From NCBI GenBank assembly GCA_043228905.1, contig JBHGNT010000017.1, positions 16,244,001 to 16,308,000 of the forward strand: DNA of 64,000 bases. The letters run 5' to 3'. The translations under genes and the position numbers were made by a program. Source of the DNA: Azolla caroliniana. Its lineage: Eukaryota; Plantae; Polypodiophyta. Shown one piece after another: positions 34,926 through 47,067 of this stretch (positions within the stretch are counted from its first letter, which is position 1; each line of letters starts with the position of its first letter). Under the pieces are notes generated by a model that saw only the letters and a program-made list of their open reading frames with translations, was not told the DNA's origin and searched no databases.

Positions 34926-37900
34926 TCACTCCGGCATGGGATGGCTTACTAGTCCGATCCGCTTCCGGCATGCATCCAGCTTGTCGGGTATCAGTACTTT
35001 GGTCAGCATATCTAACCCGTTCTCGGCCGTGTGGATCTTCGTCAGCGCGAACTCCTGGTCATCTACTCTTTCCCGGATCCCGTGATACCTTCGCTGGATA
35101 TGCTTCATCCGGGAATGGTAGGCCGCATTCTTAGCAAGGTGGATGGCACATTGACTGTCACAATAGAACTGGTATTCATCTTGCCGGATACCGAGCTCTC
35201 CGATGAAGTCCTTCATCCATAATATTTCCTTGCCGGCTTCGACAACCGCCATGTACTCCGCCTCCGTGGTTGACAATGCAACCGTCTTCTGCAGCCTCAA
35301 CTGCCACGAAACAGCTCCCCCTGCATATGTCATTACATACCCGGATGTTGACCGGTTGGTATCCACATCAGCCGACATGTCTGAATCGGTAAAGCCGTCA
35401 AGTTGAGGTTTACCGGAGACGAATCGGAGACACATATTCGAAGTTCCCTTCAAGTACCGGAGTATCCATTCGAAGTGCTCATAAACCGGCTCACCACTCC
35501 GACTGCGTATCCTATATCCGGTCGGGTACACACCATTGCGTACATTAAGCTCCCGACGCAAACGCATATGGTACCTTCATCATATCAGCCTTCTCTACTT
35601 TCATCTTCGGGCTTTGCTTACCGGATAATCTGCAGTTTGCCGGAAGTGTCAATCCGACTGGTTTCGCATCTGACATGTTGAACTGCTGAAGCACCTTTGT
35701 CACGTATTTCTCTTGTGACAGCCACAATTGCTTCTTTGACCGGTCCCGGATGATGTGCATCCCCAACATCTATCTTGCCGGACCCAAGTCTTTCATTGAG
35801 AAGGTCCGGTTGAGAGCCTTCTTCAGCAACCGTATTTTGGCTTGGTCCCGTCCGACGATCAACATATCGTCCACGTACAGAAGGAGAATTAGGAAGTCGC
35901 CTCCTTCGAACTTCTTCACAAACACGCAATGATCGGCCTGCGTCTTGTGGTACCCTTGATCGGTCATGAAGGAGTCGAACTTCCAGTACCATTGTATCTT
36001 TACTACCGGGGCAAATATCTCGTCGAAGTCTAAGCCCTTCTTCTGCTGGAACCCCTTTACCACGATCTTGGCTTTGTATCTCGGGGGGTTGCCGGCATCT
36101 CCCGGTTTCAACTTGTACACCCACTTGTTTCGGAGTGCCCGCTTTCCTTTCGGCAACTCCACCAGTTCGTACGTATGGTTCTCATGCAGGGAATCCATCT
36201 CGTCTTGCATGGCACTTAACCACTTGCGGATGTGGGTGTCATCCTTCGCTTCTTCGAAGCTTTCTGGCTCTCCCTCATCGGTCAGCAGGACATGCTCTAC
36301 ATCCGGAAATCTCCGGGGGGCCCTTCTCTCTCTGGGAGGATATCTCCGTCTTTGGGCTTCGGTAACCGACTCCTCCATTTTCTCTTCATCCAAATCCGAT
36401 TCGGGGTCTTGGCCGGTTCCGGTTTCAGCTTCCTCTATTTCTTCTTCTGCTAGTTCTGTATCCTCACCGTAATCGGCTGGTTCCTCGAGTGCTAACCGGT
36501 CTCTTGCTGGTTGGGTCTGCTCATCGCAGAATCGATCCTAACCGGTCGACTCAGAGTTCATTATCTTCTTCTCCGACTCCCAGTCAGCGAGCGTCTTGTC
36601 CTCCATGAAGATAATATCTCGACTCCGGAATACGTTCTTGTCGACTAGGTCCCACACTCGGTAGCCAAACTCATCGTCGCCGTAACCGAGGAATATGCAT
36701 GACCGGGTCTTTGGATCCAACTTTCCTCTCCAGTCCTTAGCTACATGCACATACACGAGACACCCGAATACCTTCAGATGCCGGTAGGACACTTCCTTAC
36801 CGGTCCAAACTCTCTGTGGCGTGTCTCCGTCCAAGGGTACTGAGGGTGATCTGTTTATCACATATGTCGCCGTCGACAGTGCCTCAGCCCAAAACTTTGA
36901 CAAGAACTACACGCTCCGTTAGAACAACTCTCGGCCACAACCGAGCCTAGAATAAAACACAGGAAACAGGGAATGAAACACAACACGATAGAGAGAAGAG
37001 TACACAAGATGTTTACGTGGAAAACCCAAACTCGGGAAAAAACCACGGCAGCCCACAGACCGCAAACTTTCACTATGTTAGAATGTACAATAAGAAAGCA
37101 CCGAGGCCACGACCTCGAGCTTGCTATCTTCGCCATAGGCGGCGGTTACAGTCAGAGGCAACGACCTCTTCCTCTCTCTCACTCTCTCTGTACACAGTTG
37201 CGCGCTCTAATCTTGCGCCAACAAGAATGACAACGACTCCCTTCATAAGTTTGCCCTAAGTCATATTTATACTGATATGACTTTTCGGCTATTTACAAAT
37301 ATAGCCACGATGGACTCTCAGAAACATATTTACAAATATGTCTTTTCATCCGGTTCTCACCGGGTCTGCACCATCCGGCTCTCCGTAGCCGGGTACTCGT
37401 CATCCGGTTCTCACCGGGTTTGCACCATCTGGCTTTCCGTAGCCGGGTACTCGTCATCCGGTTTCGGCCTCGGCCGAGTTTGCTCATCAGTACTGTTCTT
37501 CTCACTTCCCATCCAGAGGGACCTATTTCCTAACAAACTTCTTGGGTAGTTTTGCATGCGCCAGCATACTCCGGACCCTCTCCATTATGGTCCGGTTCAT
37601 CCTCTCGGCCAACCCGTTTAGTTCCGGCGTCTTTGGCACGGTAAATTCGAGCCGGATTCCCTTCGAGCGGCAGTACTCCTTGAACTGCCCCCGGTATTCA
37701 CCTTCGTTATCTGCTCGAACCGCCTTCAGCTTCCGGCCGGTTTCTCTTTCCACTCTCATGTGGAGCTCTTTGAAGACGGATAGCACCTAATCCTTCATCT
37801 TCAACGATGTGGCCCACAGCTTCCGGCTGTGGTCATCTATGAACGTCACGAAGTACTGCGATCCTGCATGTGACTTCGTGTCCACTTGACATACATCACT

Positions 37901-39388
37901 ATGCACCAACTCCAGTGATGCATTATGTCTCATCGGTGGCCTTGATCGGAAGGAGGTCCGGTTTTGCTTACCGGCTAGACAATCAGTGCACTTCTCCAAG
38001 TGCACGTTCTTCACTGGAATGAGGTTGTCTTCTGCAAGCCTCTTCATCCCCTTCTCGCTCATGTGACACAACCTCTTGTGCCACAACTCACCGGTAGTGT
38101 CAAATGCCACATACACTTCCTCCGGACATAACCGGGCATTCATCAGGTACAACGTGTTTACCTTCCGGGCCCGAGCCACAATCAGGCTCCCTTTGCTGAA
38201 CTTCATAACACCGTTCCAGATGCTACCTGTGTAGCCTTCATCATCTAGCCGACCGGTTGATATCAGGTTCAGACGAACCTCCGGAACGTGTCGGACATCC
38301 TTCAGCAACAGCTTGCATCCGGTTGGTGTTGCCAGTCACACGTCTCCTATGCAGACAATTCGGCATGTACCTTCATTCCCCATCCGGACACAGTCGTGAT
38401 CACCAGCTGAGTAGGATGAGAAGCATTTCCGGTCCGGGGTAAGGTGGAACGACACTCCGGAGTCGACCACCCAGGTCATCTCATCGCCGGCAAGGTTTAG
38501 CTCACTCTCCTCAGTGATGAGCATCAACTCTTCTTCACTTGCCGCGATTGCCATCGTTCCCTTCCAGTCCGGCCCCCTCCGGTCTTTACCGTTCCGGTCC
38601 GGTGTCTGCTTCGAATCGGTACCGTCGGTTTCCTTGTCTTTTCGGAAATGCTGACAGTTCTTCTGGAAGTGTCCCGGCTTGCCACAATAGAAGCAAGTAG
38701 GCCTCCCCCTTGACTTTGACCGCGTCCCCGACTTTTCCCGGTTCTGGGGACTACGGTTTCTTTGTCTTCCGCATTCCGATTCGGTAAGGAGCGCTTTGGA
38801 GTGGGAGCTCGTATCCTTATCTTTCCGACGCGCCTCCTCATCTAGCAAGCTCGACTTCACTCTTGCTAGGGATAACCGTTTTCCTTCCGGCCCGGCATTG
38901 CCCAAAGTGACAACCAACGTCTCCCAACTATCCGGGAGGGAACCGAGCAGGAGTAGCGCTAGAACCTCATTGGCGAGAGGTACCTCTAATGATGTTGCCT
39001 GGTGTATTAGCCCCTAGAAGGCATTCATGTGTTCCGCCATGCTGGAGCCATCTTGGTACTGGAGTCTTACTAGCTTCCGGAATACCGAAACCTGATTAAC
39101 GGCATTTTTGTTTTGAAACATAATGCCGATCTTCTCCCAGAGCTCATGAGCCTTGCTCTCTTCATTGAAGTTGTTGTATAGACTCATGTTGATGAAGCAC
39201 CGTATGTATTCCGTTGTCTTCATGTGCATCACCTCCCATATCGTGGCGTCGATTTTGTCTGGTCTCTTGTCCCCGAACTGAACCGGCAACCAAAGATCTT
39301 TAACCACAAGCATGTCCCTCATCTTCGACTTCCACACCGAATAGTTGGAGCCGGTGAGCTTGAACATGCCTCCCAACGATTCGTCCAT
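34926..39388 (-). pseudogene. Gag-pol of Copia C with stops, an RT deletion and a solo-LTR insertion
   Basis: ORFs 39014-39388, 38336-38917, 37787-38308, 37523-37786, 36538-36903, 35770-36393, 34926-35567. Confidence 0.92.
36898..37535 (-). mobile_element. Solo LTR of the Copia C family inside C's integrase
   Basis: TG...CA ends, perfect TSD AACTT, similar to LTR 39419-40109; splits LPKKF/WAEA. Confidence 0.93.
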
Positions 39389-39418
39389 TTTCTGTGTCGT
39401 TTTGCTCTTATACCACTT

Positions 39419-40109
39419 TGACAGGAACTACAAGCTCCCGATGAACAACGCTCGGCCACAACCGAGTGTAAAGTCAAACACAGAAAACGGATAATGAACG
39501 CACAACAAAAAGGAGAGAAGAGTGCACAGGATGTTTAACGTGGAAAACCCTGAGAGGGAAAAACTACGGGAGTTCACAGACTCCAAACTATCACTATATC
39601 ACAATGATTACAACAATGAGCTCACGGAGGCAATGACCTCGTGCTCACAATCTTCTCCACAGGCGGCGGTTACAACAGAGGCAACAACCTCTTCCTCTCT
39701 CTCTCTCTCTGTACACTGTTACGTGCTCTCTAGTCTTGCGCCAACAGGAATGACAACAACCTATTCATAAGTTTGCCCTAAGTCATATTTATACTAATAT
39801 GACTTTTCGGCTATTTACAAATATAGCCCCGATGGACTCTCAGAAACATATTTACGAATATGTCCCTTCATCCGGTGAGCACTCCTTACCGGGCCTGCAT
39901 CATCCGGCGCTTGCCAGGTACTCCTCATCCAGTTCTCATCGGGTCTTCCGTAGCCGGGTACTCCTCATCCGGTTCTCACCGGGTCTTCCGTAGCCGAGTA
40001 CTTGTCATCCGGTTCACACCGAGTCTTCCGTAGCCGGGTAGTCCACATTCGGTTTACTCATCAGTACTGTTCTTCTCACTTCCCATCCGGAGGAACCTGT
40101 TTCCTAACA
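39419..40109 (-). repeat. 5' LTR of Copia C
   Basis: Adjacent to the reverse PBS; similar to 25996-26427 and 34410-34915. Confidence 0.92.
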
Positions 40110-40463
40110 GAAGCTTGACCTAAACTGGACCTCCGGGTGGCTAGAACACGGGTTAGCTACAACGAGCGAAGGTCCTTGGTAGATGTAGCGACACCGCCTT
40201 GTGACTAATTAGGCAAGAAAACACAAGCAAGAGAAAGAGAAAGAGAAAGAGAAGCCGAAACAATAGTAAAACTTCCTTCATTAGGCAAAAGAGAACAAGG
40301 TATAAACAGGAAACAATTCATGTACAACAGAGACGAATCAACAGCTTGTAGAAGCCAATCCACCATTGGCAACAAACAACCCTCTCCCCATGCACACCTT
40401 CACAATTGTCACATTTCCATTTTCTCGTAGAGTTTCTTGCCGTTCCTGGAAATCTTCACAACA
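40110..40463 (-). repeat. Remainder of the 5' LTR of the decayed Gypsy at 24423-25995
   Basis: Reverse complement begins TGTTGTGAAGA like the lineage LTR start TGTCGTGAAGA; joins 25995 across the TSD. Confidence 0.65.
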
Positions 40464-41025
40464 ACGAGATGAAAGAAGGTCAACAAGGGTAAGAAACCCA
40501 ATGTCAAGGCTTGTCTATGATAGATATATTGCTAGGCATTATGCTTTCATGTCTACGGTTATAAAAGATAATGAACCCTCTACTCACTAGGAATTACAAC
40601 AAGCTATGGAAGAAGAGTACAAAGCCCTTTAAGAAAACAACACTTGGAATCTAGTTCCAAGACAAGAAGGGATGAAGGTAACCAATAACAAGTGGGTATA
40701 TAAAGTGAAGAAGAATTCTGATGGTTCTATTTCTAGGTATAAAGCAACGCTTATAGCGAAAGGATTCACACAATCCTATGGAGTTGACTATGAAGAAGCA
40801 TTCAGCCTTGTTGAAAAAACGACCACAATTAAGGCAATCATTGGAGTGGCCACACCTAGAAGGTGGCTAATATATTAATTGGGTGTATAGAATACTTTTC
40901 TTAATGGTGACTTGCAAGAGAAAATCTATGTAACTCAACCATTAGGGTTTGATAACTCTAAATATTCAGATTTTGTTTGTAAACTTAGGAAAGCATTGTA
41001 TAGTTTAACGCAAGATCCTAGGAAT
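40464..41025 (+). pseudogene. Old Copia linker/RT fragment
   Basis: RRSTR..YIARHYAFM and KWVYKVK..RYKATLIAKGF with many stops. Confidence 0.82.
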
Positions 41026-41039
41026 GGAATTAAAGTTGG

Positions 41040-41740
41040 GTGGAGTACTTGAGTAGGTGTGGATACATCTTTCATAATCTAAAGCCATTGACCTCTTTTA
41101 TCAGAGTAGTTTCACACCCACTTGACTTCATCCATGAGATTGTAAGCTCATTTTGCATGTTCATATCCTCCAAGAGAATTCCCAATTTCTTTTGTTACCT
41201 CATGTTGACAATGTGAAGGAATGTTGGAACTTTATGGAAATTAATGGTTGATTGGCATTGTATATCTAGGTGAGTAAACAAGTTTCTAAGCTCAAAGAGA
41301 AGTTTAATTACTATTGTCTTGAGAGGATTTAATCTAATTGATGAATCTATGTATTGACACCTTCCTGATCTTATTGACTTTGAAGGAATCCAGAATAGCA
41401 TGCTCAAAGTTTAGCCAAGATGCATAAACTTCTTTGAGCTCTTTGATATTTTCTTCAAGATTATCTTCACTACTCTTCAAAATGAAGAGTTCATCAATAT
41501 ATCTAGGGTTCTTCTTTGCACCATCTCCATTTTATAGATTTGTAAATATTCAGTGACATCGCCGCCATCAAATTGACCATTTCACTCCAAGAGCCAATTC
41601 ACTAACATTCCAAGTCTCCTTCATAGCTCTCTAGAACATGGAGAACCCGATTTATATTATTTCTAGACTCTTCATCTTCTGGATAAACTCTCTCAAATGA
41701 ACAACTTCCCATATGCCACTCTTTGTTGGGTAAAAGCATG
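41040..41740 (-). pseudogene. Old AT-rich Gypsy gag remnant
   Basis: Minus strand near 41520-41580 reads GQFDGGDVTEYLQIYKMEM, matching GRFDGKDATKYLASYGAEM of Gag at 8894. Confidence 0.6.
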
Positions 41741-44700
41741 CGAGTGGAAACACTATTATAGCTAATTCGCTGCTAAAATGGCCATAGCTATTTAGTTATT
41801 TTTTTAGCTAGTTTTTTGTGGGCAAATCATAAGGATAATGTACGAAATTTTATGCTTTATTAGTTAAATGCATGTCATTTTATTTATGAGAATACTAAAA
41901 AATTTGAACTTTGGTTTCTAATGTAGTGGAACTTGGGGAACAATGCCCTCATCTAAACTTGACTTGAATGTCACCAAATTCCTGTTAATCTTGAGTTTGA
42001 GTTCGAAATCCAAACAGATGGAGTACTTTGAGCATGAATGAAGACGAAGCTCATGCAGCAACACAAAAACTCTGATATCGACATTGCACCTTCAGAGCTA
42101 CAACACACCACCAGTTCGATCCTCGTCCAGGTATGTATCAGAAGGGCTAAAGACTGGTGTTGAACCGAATGAGTTGTAATGAATGTATATGCACCTATTT
42201 ATAGATCCTTATGGAGTATTCTAGAATGTTCTAGAATATTTTAGATATTTATGATAATAAATATAATCATGAAATATCAAAAATGTTCTAGAATATTCCA
42301 AATATCTTGTTATCACTAAAATATAATTATTATAACTTCACATCATATATGTTATTACAATGGTTAAAGGTTCAACACATAGAACAAGAAGTTGTGGGTT
42401 CGACTCCTAATAAGCTAAAATGTATGTTTTCATGACACCTTAATAGCTAATTAGCTATTACTAGTAGCTAGTTAACTATGATCATATTCTGAGGTAGCTA
42501 ATTAGCTAACTAACTAAGCGTAAAAATCAAAACAAAAGTTGAGATAAATGTAAATACTTGAGGTACATCAAGAAGATGAATGTGATGCTCCTCGTATTGA
42601 CTCCCAACACGTTTCCTGCATATTTCTTTCTTATTGGGTGAAACACTACTCTCATTAGCAAAATATGGTGATTATATCCTTGATTTCTGATGTTATGGGT
42701 GTTAGGAATATGTCCCTCCAGTGGGAAGAGCCAATTGCTCGGAGAGAGCCAACAGTAGAGGAGTCGACTCTGAGAGAATCGACATGGAGAGTTGATCAAG
42801 GTCGAAGACACAAGCAACTAGTCGGGCCAACTGGATGGTCGATGACCAGGCCGACTAGTCGGACCGACCCAACAGTCAACAAATGAGTCGGCGGATTAGT
42901 AAGACTATTATTATTATTATTAGACAATAATAATCTATGCATTTGTTGTTTCCGCGTGTATTGTGTATTTCCGAGCTAGTTTTTCTCACAGATTTGGAGA
43001 TTTGATTCTCAACAAATTGGTATCAGAACTTGAGGTGCAAGCATGGAAGGACGTGTGAGCAGTTTCCTAGGTATGATAGTTCTAAACTCATAGAACTATG
43101 CAGACTGGAAGATAAAGATGGAGGACCTTCTTATAGTCAAAGACCTGTACGAGCCCATCGACATATCAGAAATACCCACGGGGGTATTAGATTGAGAATG
43201 GAAACTTCTTAACAAAAAGGAGGTGGCCACCATCCGATAGTGCGTCGATGTAAGTGTCCTTCAACATGTGGCAAATGACACGAATGCCCAAGAGATGTGG
43301 CAGAAGCTGTCAGTTCTATATGAGAGGAAGAACACCCTAAATAAAACCTCATTGATGAGAAAGATCGTACGACTGAAATACAAAGATGGTGAGAGCATCG
43401 TCAAACACATAAGCACATTCATGGGGTATGTGAACCAACTTGTTGCAACCAAGTTTACCCTCGAAGATGCAATGCATGCCATCCTGCTATTGTGCACCCT
43501 ACCGGACAACTGGGAGAATCTAGTGGTGACTCTCAGCACCTCGTATCAAGAAGAGAACTTGTCCCTATAAGTGGTAAAGACAAGCATCTTGAACGAGGAG
43601 ACTAGAAGGAAGGACAAGGGTGTCCTGGTCTAGTCGGAGTCAAACTTGACTCAACACACCGGCAAAGGAAGGATCCGGCAAAGGAGTCCACCAACGAGAG
43701 AAAAGTCTCAAGCTAGGTTGAAGTCCAGAGGTAAGCTAACATGCTTTTATTGTGGAAAACCTAGACACTTCCAGAAGGACAAGAGTGTCGGAAATAATGT
43801 CGAACCCAGGAAGATTCCTAATGAAAAGAACACTTCATCCATTGCTACGAGCAATGAAGGACTCTTGTTCATTTGTGAACAAGCAAGTCCAAACCTGGCA
43901 AGCGAAGAATGCACTTAGGTGATCGACTCCGGTGCATCTTTCCACATCACTCTGTCGAGAGAGTATTTCTCGGCTTACATAGCTGAGGACCATGGCTATG
44001 TAAAGATTGGTGATAATGGGGAGTGCAAGTTAGCCGGAGTCGAAAGTGTCTGTTTAACGATGTCGAAAGGGTGTCGACTGACTCTGAAGGATGTTTGACA
44101 CGTCCCCGATATTAGATTGAATCTGATATCGATTGGAAAGATGGACGACGAAGGCTTTGGTGATAGCTTTTGTAATGGCAAGTGGAAGTTCTGTCGAGGA
44201 AACCTCATAGTGGCCCGAGCATAGAAAGAAGGCACATTGTATATGATGCATGCCCGACTGTGCAAGTCAAAAGTGAATGTGGCAGCAGACTCAACAGAAG
44301 AGATATGGCACAAGAGATTAGGCCATATGTGTGAGAAGGGGTGCATCTGTTAGCCGACCAGAAACTTCTGCCAGAAGTAAAGGGAGTGCACCTGGAGAAG
44401 TGTGTCGATTGCTTAGTTGGAAAGCAGAACAGAATGACACTCCACTCAAGAACACCAAGAAGAAGAGAAGTGCCACTGGAACTAGTACACACGGATGTGT
44501 GCTATGTAGATGCTCCATCGCATCGAGGCGGACAATACTTTGTGACCTTCATTGATGCCTACAGTTGGAAGTTGTGGGCTTTCGTACTAAAGTCAAAAGA
44601 TCAAGTATTGTTGTATTTCAAGGAGTTCCAGGCAAGAGCCGAATGATAGTCGAATATAGAGGGCAATTTGAGGAATACTGCAAGGCTCAAGGTATTTGAT

Positions 44701-44963
44701 TCGAATACACAGTGCCGAAGACCCCTGAGTTGAACGGGCTTGCAGAGAGGATGAATCGAACAATCATGGGGAGAGTAAGGAGCATCCTCTCTCACGCTAA
44801 ATTGCCGAAATCATATTGGGCTGAGGCGATGCACACAACGGTTTACCTGATCAACAGATCTCCCTCAATGCCATTGAAGGGTGATGTCCCACAGAGGGTG
44901 TGGATAGGAAAGGATGTCTCCTACCAACACCTGAGGGTGTTTTGATGTCTGGCATATATGCAT

Positions 44964-45895
44964 GTGGCTAAGGATCAAAGGTTCGAAGCTCGATAGTAAG
45001 TCAAAACCATGCATATTCATGGGATACTCGGAAGATGAGTTCGGCTATAGGCTATGGGACCTAGTTGACAAGAAGGTAGTGAGGAGTCGGGACGTATTCT
45101 TCTAGGAAGACACAACGATAGGGGACTGGAATCAACAGAAGTCGAAATTGACTACCCAGTCAATCTCCACTACTATGGGCTTGAGGCCAAGTGAATTGAC
45201 ACAGTTGGCAGTTCGAAGACAACCATTCAGCACAACCGAATACGAGTCAGTCGACTTGGAGAGTCTGACCGACTATGAGTCAGAGTCGGGAGTGGCTAAG
45301 GATCAGAGGTCGAAGCTCGATAGTAAGTCAAAACCATGCATATTCATGGGATACTCGGAAGATGAGTTCGGCTATAGGCTATGGGACCTAGTTGACAAGA
45401 AGGTAGTGAGGAGTCAGGACGTAGTCTTCTAGGAAGACACGACGATAGGGGACTGGAAGCAATAGAAGTCGGAATCGCCTACCCAATCAACCTCCAGTAC
45501 TATGGACTTGAGGCCAAGTGAACCGACACAGTTGGTAGTTCAGAGATAGCCAGTCGGCACGGCCGAATACGAGTCAGTCGACTCGGAGAGTCCGACCGAC
45601 TATGAGTCAAAGTCGGCAGTGGCTAAGGATCAGAGGTTGAAGCTTGATAGTAAGTCGAAACCATGCATATTCATGGGATACTTGGAAGATGAGTTCGGTT
45701 ATAGGCTATGGGACCTAGTCGACAAGAAGGTAGTGAGGAGTCGGGACGCAGTCTTCTTGGAAGACAAGAAGATAGAGGACTAGAAGCAATAGAAATCGGA
45801 ATCGACTACCCAATCAACCTCCAGTACTATGGACTTGAGGCCAAGTGAACCAACACAGTCGGTTGTTCAGAGACAGCCAGTCGGCACAGCCAAAT
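44964..45895 (+). repeat. Tandem triplication (~328-bp unit) of the integrase C-terminal segment
   Basis: GTGGCTAAGGATCA starts at 44964, 45292 and 45619. Confidence 0.92.
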
Positions 45896-46498
45896 CCAAG
45901 TTTGAAACAAGCTTGTATGGTCTGAAACAAGCTCCACGCCAGTGGTACAAGTAGTTTGAATCCTTCATGGTGGAACATGGGTTCCAGAACACACAAGCTT
46001 ATCACTGTGTGTTCGACAAAAGGTACAATGAAGGAGACTTCTTGATTCTCTTATTATATGTAGATGACATGTTGGTAGTCGGTCAAGATACAAAGAAGAT
46101 CAGAAGCTTGAAGAAAGCTCTAGGAAAATCGTTTGCCATGAAAGATCTTGGACTGGCTAAATAGATCTTGGGGATGCACATAGTTCGGGACAGAACTAAG
46201 AAAGTGTTGTGGTTGTCCCAAGAGAAATACGTGACTAAGATCCTAGAAAGATTCAACATGTCGGAATCAAAGCCGGTTGGTTCTGTGTTACCAATTAATT
46301 GAAAATTAAATGCCAAGCAATGCTCAAGAGGGGAGAAAGAAAAGGCTGAGATGAAGAAAGTACCATACGCCTTAGCCTTCGGTAGTTTAATGTACGCTAT
46401 GGTCTACACGAGACCAGACATAACATTTGTTGTGGGAACAATAAGCCGATATATGAGTAATCCAAGTCGAGAACACTGGGCATCAGTGAAGTGGATAC

Positions 46499-47067
46499 TG
46501 TTGGGAATATGTCCCTCCAATGGGAGGATGATCTGATTGTTCGGAAAGCCGATAGTCGAAGAGTCGAAAAACAGGAGCTGAGTTGATGAGGGACTCGGCC
46601 GAGGCCGAAATCGGAATCGTGTATATAGCCAACCCGGGAGACTATATTTGTAAATAGTCTGAATGAGCGCCCCATGAGGGTTACGTATGTAATTAACCAG
46701 AAAGTTGTGCAAGTACATATGCAACTAGGGCAAACTTTTAGTTTGTGTGTTAGTGAGACGAACAAAGAAAGAGAGAGACAGAAACAGAGAGTGTATGCGT
46801 GAGCCGCGCCATAGCTGTGTGAGTAACAACAGACGCGAAGAGCCCTGTGGGCTGATACACTCGACAGAGTGTTGTATTCCTCTCGGTGTTGTATATCCAC
46901 TTTGTATAGTGAAGAAATCTGTTCACCCATGGTTTTCCCCGTTTTAGGGTTTCCACGTAAATCTTTGTGCACTGTTGTTGTTTATCTTGTCTTTTTGGCA
47001 TTTCTGTAATTCGTATTTCAACATTCTTTGTTCATTGTGATTTATATTCTGCAATGATTTCTCAACA
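46499..47067 (+). mobile_element. Solo Copia LTR
   Basis: TGTTGGGAATATGTCCCTCC...CTCAACA, perfect TSD GATAC, interrupts WI/LRYLKG. Confidence 0.93.

Larger units (their letters stand above)
25996..40109 (-). mobile_element. Tork-like Copia element C (minus strand) carrying nested insertions
   Basis: 5' LTR 39419-40109, PBS 39404-39415, gag-pol 34926-39388, PPT ~34918-34928, 3' LTR pieces 34410-34915 and 25996-26427; flanks AAAGC/GAAGC. Confidence 0.8.

Noticed and set aside
42385-42415. tRNA T-loop/B-box-like GGTTCGACTCC
   Set aside because: No cloverleaf or A box around it; too short to call a tRNA or SINE
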